8,184 nucleotides of DNA from an uncultured Opitutales bacterium (lineage in GTDB: Bacteria > Verrucomicrobiota > Verrucomicrobiia > Opitutales > Intestinicryptomonadaceae), in assembly GCA_934660865.1 (NCBI GenBank), contig CAKUIA010000028.1, forward strand, positions 1 through 8,184, read 5' to 3'. The translations under genes and the position numbers were made by a program. The notes beneath the pieces are model-generated. The model was given only the letters and a program-made list of their open reading frames with translations. It was not told where the DNA came from and did no database searches. The stretch's first letter is position 1, and each line of letters opens with the position of its first letter. This document shows positions 4,832 through 8,184 of this stretch, one piece after another.

Positions 4832-6130
4832 ATGAAAGTTATAAGGCTGTTTTTTATTTTGCAAATTTTGCCGCTTTTGGCATGTGCTAGCGTTGCAGAC
4901 TTCCCCGCCGAAGCAAAAGAATGGTTTGCAACCGAAAACCCAGTTAAAATAAACGACTTAAAAAAATTTAATATTTGCGACTTTGGGGCAAAAAGCGGGA
5001 CAAATACTTTGCAGACAAAAGCGATACAAAGCGCCATAGACGCCGCCGCAAAAAACGGAGGCATTGTTGTAGTTCCCCGGGGCGAATTTTTAAGCGGCGC
5101 CCTGTTTTTTAAGCCCAACACGCATTTGTATTTGGCCGAAAACGCCGTATTAAAAGGCAGCGACGATATTTCGGATTTCCCCGTTTTGCCGACCAGAATA
5201 GAAGGCCAAAGCATAGACTATTTTGCCGCCCTGGTAAACGCAAACAACTGCAACAATTTTTCGATTTCGGGCAAAGGCACAATAGACGGCAACGGAACCA
5301 GATATTGGAAGTCTTTTTGGCTGAGGCGCAAAGTAAACCGCAAATGCACAAACATAGAGGAATTGCGCCCGAGGCTGCTGTATGTTTCGAACTGCAGCAA
5401 TGTGTCAGTTAGCGGTATTACCCTGCAAAACTCGCCCTTTTGGACATCGCACTACTACAAGTGCAAATTCGTGAAAATTTCGGGGCTGAAAATATTGTCG
5501 CCGTCTAACCCCGTGCCTGCGCCAAGTACCGACGCCATAGACATAGACGCCTGCGAAAACGTGCATATTAAAAACTGCTATATGTCGGTTAACGACGACG
5601 CCATTGCCCTAAAAGGCGGCAAAGGCCCCTACGCCGACAAAGCCCCCGAAAACGGCGCAAACAAAAATATTTTGATAGAAAATAGCGCATTCGGTTTTTG
5701 CCACAGCACCCTAACCTGCGGAAGCGAGGCGATTTTGTGCGAAAACATTGTCATGCAAAACTGCACATTCGACAACCCCGACAGGGTTTTATGGCTAAAA
5801 ATGCGCCCCGACACCCCGCAATTATACAAAAATATTTCGCTTAAAAACCTAAGGGGCAGCGCGCGCCACTTTTTGTATGTAAAGCCGTGGACGCAGTTTT
5901 TCGACCTAAAGGGACGCCCCGACATTCCGCTTTCGTTTGCCGAAAACGTAAGTTTTGAAAATATAGAAGTTGAATGTAAAACGCTTTTTGCCGTGCAAAA
6001 AAGCGACCAGTATTTCCTTAAAAACTTTTCGTTTAAAAACGTAAAGGCAAAGGCCGCAATATACACAACCGACAAGAGCCTTAGCGAAAACTTTAAATTC
6101 GAAAATTTCGGTTTCGAAAAAATAAAATAG
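4832..6130 (+). CDS. Secreted GH28-like / pectin-lyase-fold glycoside hydrolase (exo-polygalacturonase-like, divergent)
   Basis: 432-aa ORF. The signal peptide has a possible lipobox (LLAC). FGAKSGTNTLQTKAIQSAIDAAAKNGGIVVVPRGEFLSGALFFKPNTHLYL...ISGKGTIDGNG..YW is a typical GH28 N-terminus. NSPFWTSH, STDAIDID (5525-5548) and NDDAIALKGG (5591-) correspond to the GH28 NTDGxD and GDD blocks. Confidence 0.8.
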   Translation: MKVIRLFFILQILPLLACASVADFPAEAKEWFATENPVKINDLKKFNICDFGAKSGTNTLQTKAIQSAIDAAAKNGGIVVVPRGEFLSGALFFKPNTHLYLAENAVLKGSDDISDFPVLPTRIEGQSIDYFAALVNANNCNNFSISGKGTIDGNGTRYWKSFWLRRKVNRKCTNIEELRPRLLYVSNCSNVSVSGITLQNSPFWTSHYYKCKFVKISGLKILSPSNPVPAPSTDAIDIDACENVHIKNCYMSVNDDAIALKGGKGPYADKAPENGANKNILIENSAFGFCHSTLTCGSEAILCENIVMQNCTFDNPDRVLWLKMRPDTPQLYKNISLKNLRGSARHFLYVKPWTQFFDLKGRPDIPLSFAENVSFENIEVECKTLFAVQKSDQYFLKNFSFKNVKAKAAIYTTDKSLSENFKFENFGFEKIK

Positions 6131-6141
6131 CCGCTTTTAAA

Positions 6142-6540
6142 ATGGACAAAAAATTGCCGAATTTAATGCTAAATACGGTAAAGGCGGGATTCCCCTCGGT
6201 TAGCGAAAGCGAGTGCGAATATCCGCTAGACCTAAACGAGCTTATGGTAAAAAACGCGCCATCTACCTTTTTTGTGCGCGTAGACGGCGACTCTATGCAG
6301 CCCGCCGGCATTTTTGCAAACGATATTTTGATTGTAGACCGCTCGCTGGACCCCGCCGACAAAAGCATTGTAATTGCCTGCGTAAACGGCGAATTTACCG
6401 TGAAATATTTTAGAAAACAAAACGGCAAAGTGTGGCTGCAGGCCGCAAACAAAAACTATTCCGACATACATTTTAGCGGCCTAATGGAACTTAAAATTTT
6501 CGGCGTTGTAACCGGCTTGGTCCGCAAATTCCGCAAATGA
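6142..6540 (+). CDS. umuD: UmuD, S24 LexA-like self-cleaving peptidase subunit of DNA polymerase V
   Basis: 132-aa ORF that aligns with E. coli UmuD throughout. VKA|GFPS matches the C|GFPS cleavage site (A15-G16, 6184-6189). VDGDSM carries the Ser nucleophile (S51, 6292-6294). GEFTVK carries Lys88. The Ser-Lys spacing is 37 residues, as in E. coli UmuD S60/K97. Confidence 0.9.
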   Translation: MDKKLPNLMLNTVKAGFPSVSESECEYPLDLNELMVKNAPSTFFVRVDGDSMQPAGIFANDILIVDRSLDPADKSIVIACVNGEFTVKYFRKQNGKVWLQAANKNYSDIHFSGLMELKIFGVVTGLVRKFRK

Positions 6541-7775
6541 TTGCTTTGGTAGACGGCAACAACTTTTTTGTGTCGTGCGAAAGGGTTTTTAACCCGTCGC
6601 TAGAGGGCAAACCCGTGGCTGTTTTGTCGAACAACGACGGCTGCGTAATTTCGCGCTCGAACGAATTTAAATCGCTTAAAATACCCATGGGAACGCCCTA
6701 TTTTAAGCTTAAAAACGACATTAAACGCCTGGGGCTTGTCCTTAAGTCGGGCAACCACGAGCTATACGGAGATTTGTCGCGCAGGCTAATGCAAATGCTG
6801 TATAAATTTGTGCCCGTTGTAGAGCAATATTCTGTAGACGAGGCGTTTATACACCCATACGAAACCCCGAATTGGCAGGACTTCGGCGAAAATATGCGCA
6901 AAAACATTTTAAAGTGCATAGGCATTCCCTGCGGAGTAGGTTTTGCGACAACAAAAACTCTGGCTAAAATTGCAAACCACATAGGTAAAAAATCTACAAG
7001 CGGCGTTTTTGTTATGCCCGAAAACAACAGGCAAATTCTGGCCAACACCCCCGTAGGCGAAATTTGGGGCGTTGGCGGCAATTCCGAAACAAAATTGGCC
7101 GCAAAGGGCATACACACCGCCCTGGCCTTGTCGGAATTCGGCGACGAAAAGCTGCATAAAATCTTCGGCATAAATATGGCGAAAATTGCAATGGAACTAA
7201 GGGGCATAAAATGTATAGACGACGAAATGCCCGACGAACCGTCGCAAAGCTTAACATATTCCCGGTGTTTCGGCAAAGCGGTTGTAGACTTTCTACAATT
7301 AAGCGAAAGCGTTGCCAGCTACCTTGCCAAAGCGGCCGAAAAGTTGCGCGCCGAAAAGCAAAGGGCTTCGGCGGTAAATATCTACTCGGTTTACTACCCC
7401 GAATATAAGCCGCACTTTTCGGAAGGCGGCTCGCTTTCGGCAACAATAACCTTTAACGCGCCAACCGACAACACAATAGAAATGCTAAAGGCCGTTTCTC
7501 CGCGCATAGGCGGCATATTTATTAAAAACCGCCGCTACAAAAAAACGGGCGTAGTTCTTTTCGGGTTGGAATCGGGCGCATTTCAGGGCGACTTGTTTTC
7601 CAAAAACGAAAGCCACAGCAAACTGTTCGAAGCCGTAGACAAGCTAAACCGCAAATTCGGCAAAAACAGCGTTGCCCCGTTGGCGGCAGGCCTGCAAAAG
7701 CCGTGGCAGACAAGGCGCGATATGGCGTCGCCAAACTACACAACAAATTGGAGCGACATTTTGTCGGTTAAATAG
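6537..7775 (+). CDS. umuC: UmuC, Y-family translesion DNA polymerase V catalytic subunit
   Basis: 412-aa ORF. [45 protein letters not shown] closely matches the E. coli UmuC N-terminus ([45 protein letters not shown]). The catalytic SVDEAF block is present. The start overlaps the umuD stop (ATGA at 6537-6540). Confidence 0.93.
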   Translation: [412 protein letters not shown]

Positions 7776-7821
7776 CAAAAAATCGGAACAAGGCAACTTT
7801 GGCTAAACATCAACAATTAGC

Positions 7822-7850
7822 TTGACCAAAATTTGCGGTCGTCGCACAAT
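7822..7850 (+). promoter_or_regulatory. Sigma70-like promoter for tRNA-Val
   Basis: TTGACC (7822-7827), a 17-nt spacer, then CACAAT (7845-7850). The mature tRNA 5' end lies 18 nt downstream of the -10. Confidence 0.45.
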
Positions 7851-7867
7851 CTACGGAGTTTTTTAGT

Positions 7868-7944
7868 GGGGACATAGCTCAGTTGGTTAGAGCATCTGCA
7901 TCACACGCAGGGGGTCCTCGGTTCGAGTCCGAGTGTCCCCACCA
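7868..7944 (+). tRNA. tRNA-Val (anticodon CAC), CCA encoded
   Basis: Hand-folded cloverleaf: acceptor GGGGACA/TGTCCCC, D arm GCTC-AGTTGGTTA-GAGC, and anticodon stem TCTGC/GCAGG with loop A-T-CAC-A-C. It also has a 5-nt variable loop GGGTC, a T arm CTCGG-TTCGAGT-CCGAG, discriminator A and a 3' CCA. Total length is 77 nt. Confidence 0.96.
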
Positions 7945-7959
7945 TTAAATAAGCTTTAA

Positions 7960-7987
7960 GCCGCAGCCCGTTGGTTGCGGCTTTTTT
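7960..7987 (+). terminator. Rho-independent terminator downstream of tRNA-Val
   Basis: GCCGCAGCC-CGTT-GGTTGCGGC forms a 9-bp stem (one G.U pair) with a tetraloop and is followed directly by T6 (7982-7987). Confidence 0.8.
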
Positions 7988-8184
7988 ATCGTTTTATACG
8001 CACACCTACGCAAGCCCTATTTGCTTATTAAAAAACAATTTGCATAACATACACACTATTTAAACACCAAAATATCAATCCCTAATAACCGCTCTTCGTC
8101 AAAAGTTGTGGAATGGATAAAAAAAAGGAGGGCAAAGAAGAGAAAAAAACTCTTACAATGCCCAGTGTGATATTCAGGAGTTTT

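Noticed and set aside
4594-5214. A 206-aa minus-strand ORF spanning the GNAT 3' end and the GH28 5' end. Similar antisense ORFs are 5109-5351, 5218-5400, 5629-6075, 6093-6452, 6213-6413, 6232-6471, 6491-6688, 6698-7276, 6909-7157, 7012-7446, 7211-7408 and 7522-7746.
   Set aside because: They are antisense or out of frame relative to the GH28, umuD and umuC genes, which have strong homology signatures. Their composition (Cys/Phe/Arg-rich) looks non-protein-like.
5552-5566. TGCGAAAACGTGCAT, a one-mismatch match to the LexA box I recall being reported for Fibrobacter succinogenes (TGCNCN4GTGCAT).
   Set aside because: It lies inside the GH28 CDS (encoding ACENVH), about 575 nt upstream of umuD. 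It has a mismatch at a specified position, and I cannot establish that this genome belongs to that lineage. It is most likely chance.
8113-8184. An ATG-initiated open frame running off the 3' edge (MDKKKEGKEEKKTLTMPSVIFRSF...).
   Set aside because: Only 24 codons are visible. The N-terminus is low-complexity K/E, and there is no supporting motif. Whether it is a gene cannot be judged from this window.

Overview
Mostly ordinary chromosomal sequence from a moderately AT-rich bacterium. I cannot assign the taxon from sequence alone. None of the 7 CDS has a clear Shine-Dalgarno sequence. Layout: (i) 1-944 is an AT-rich stretch with no ORF of 60 aa or more in any frame. It carries several diverged copies of a short module that reads as a small-ORF 5' end on the minus strand. 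(ii) The minus strand carries a secreted carbohydrate-active enzyme (CAZyme) set: a GH39-like TIM-barrel hydrolase (2523-4196), its own terminator, a 47-aa lipoprotein ORF (2299-2442), a GH71/GH99-like hydrolase (999-2279) and a symmetric terminator (945-977). (iii) The plus strand carries a tightly packed string: a COG3981-type GNAT acetyltransferase (4290-4805), a divergent GH28/pectin-lyase-fold hydrolase (4832-6130), and umuD (6142-6540) and umuC (6537-7775) joined by an ATGA overlap. (iv) A stand-alone tRNA-Val(CAC) (7868-7944) has a sigma70-like promoter and a strong terminator, followed by about 200 bp without ORFs. I see no CRISPR array, IS element, integrase, recognisable defence system or toxin-antitoxin pair. 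The best candidate for something undescribed is the repeated small-ORF-like module in the 5' ORF-free kilobase, and the evidence for it is modest. All family assignments come from motif recognition by eye, not database searches.
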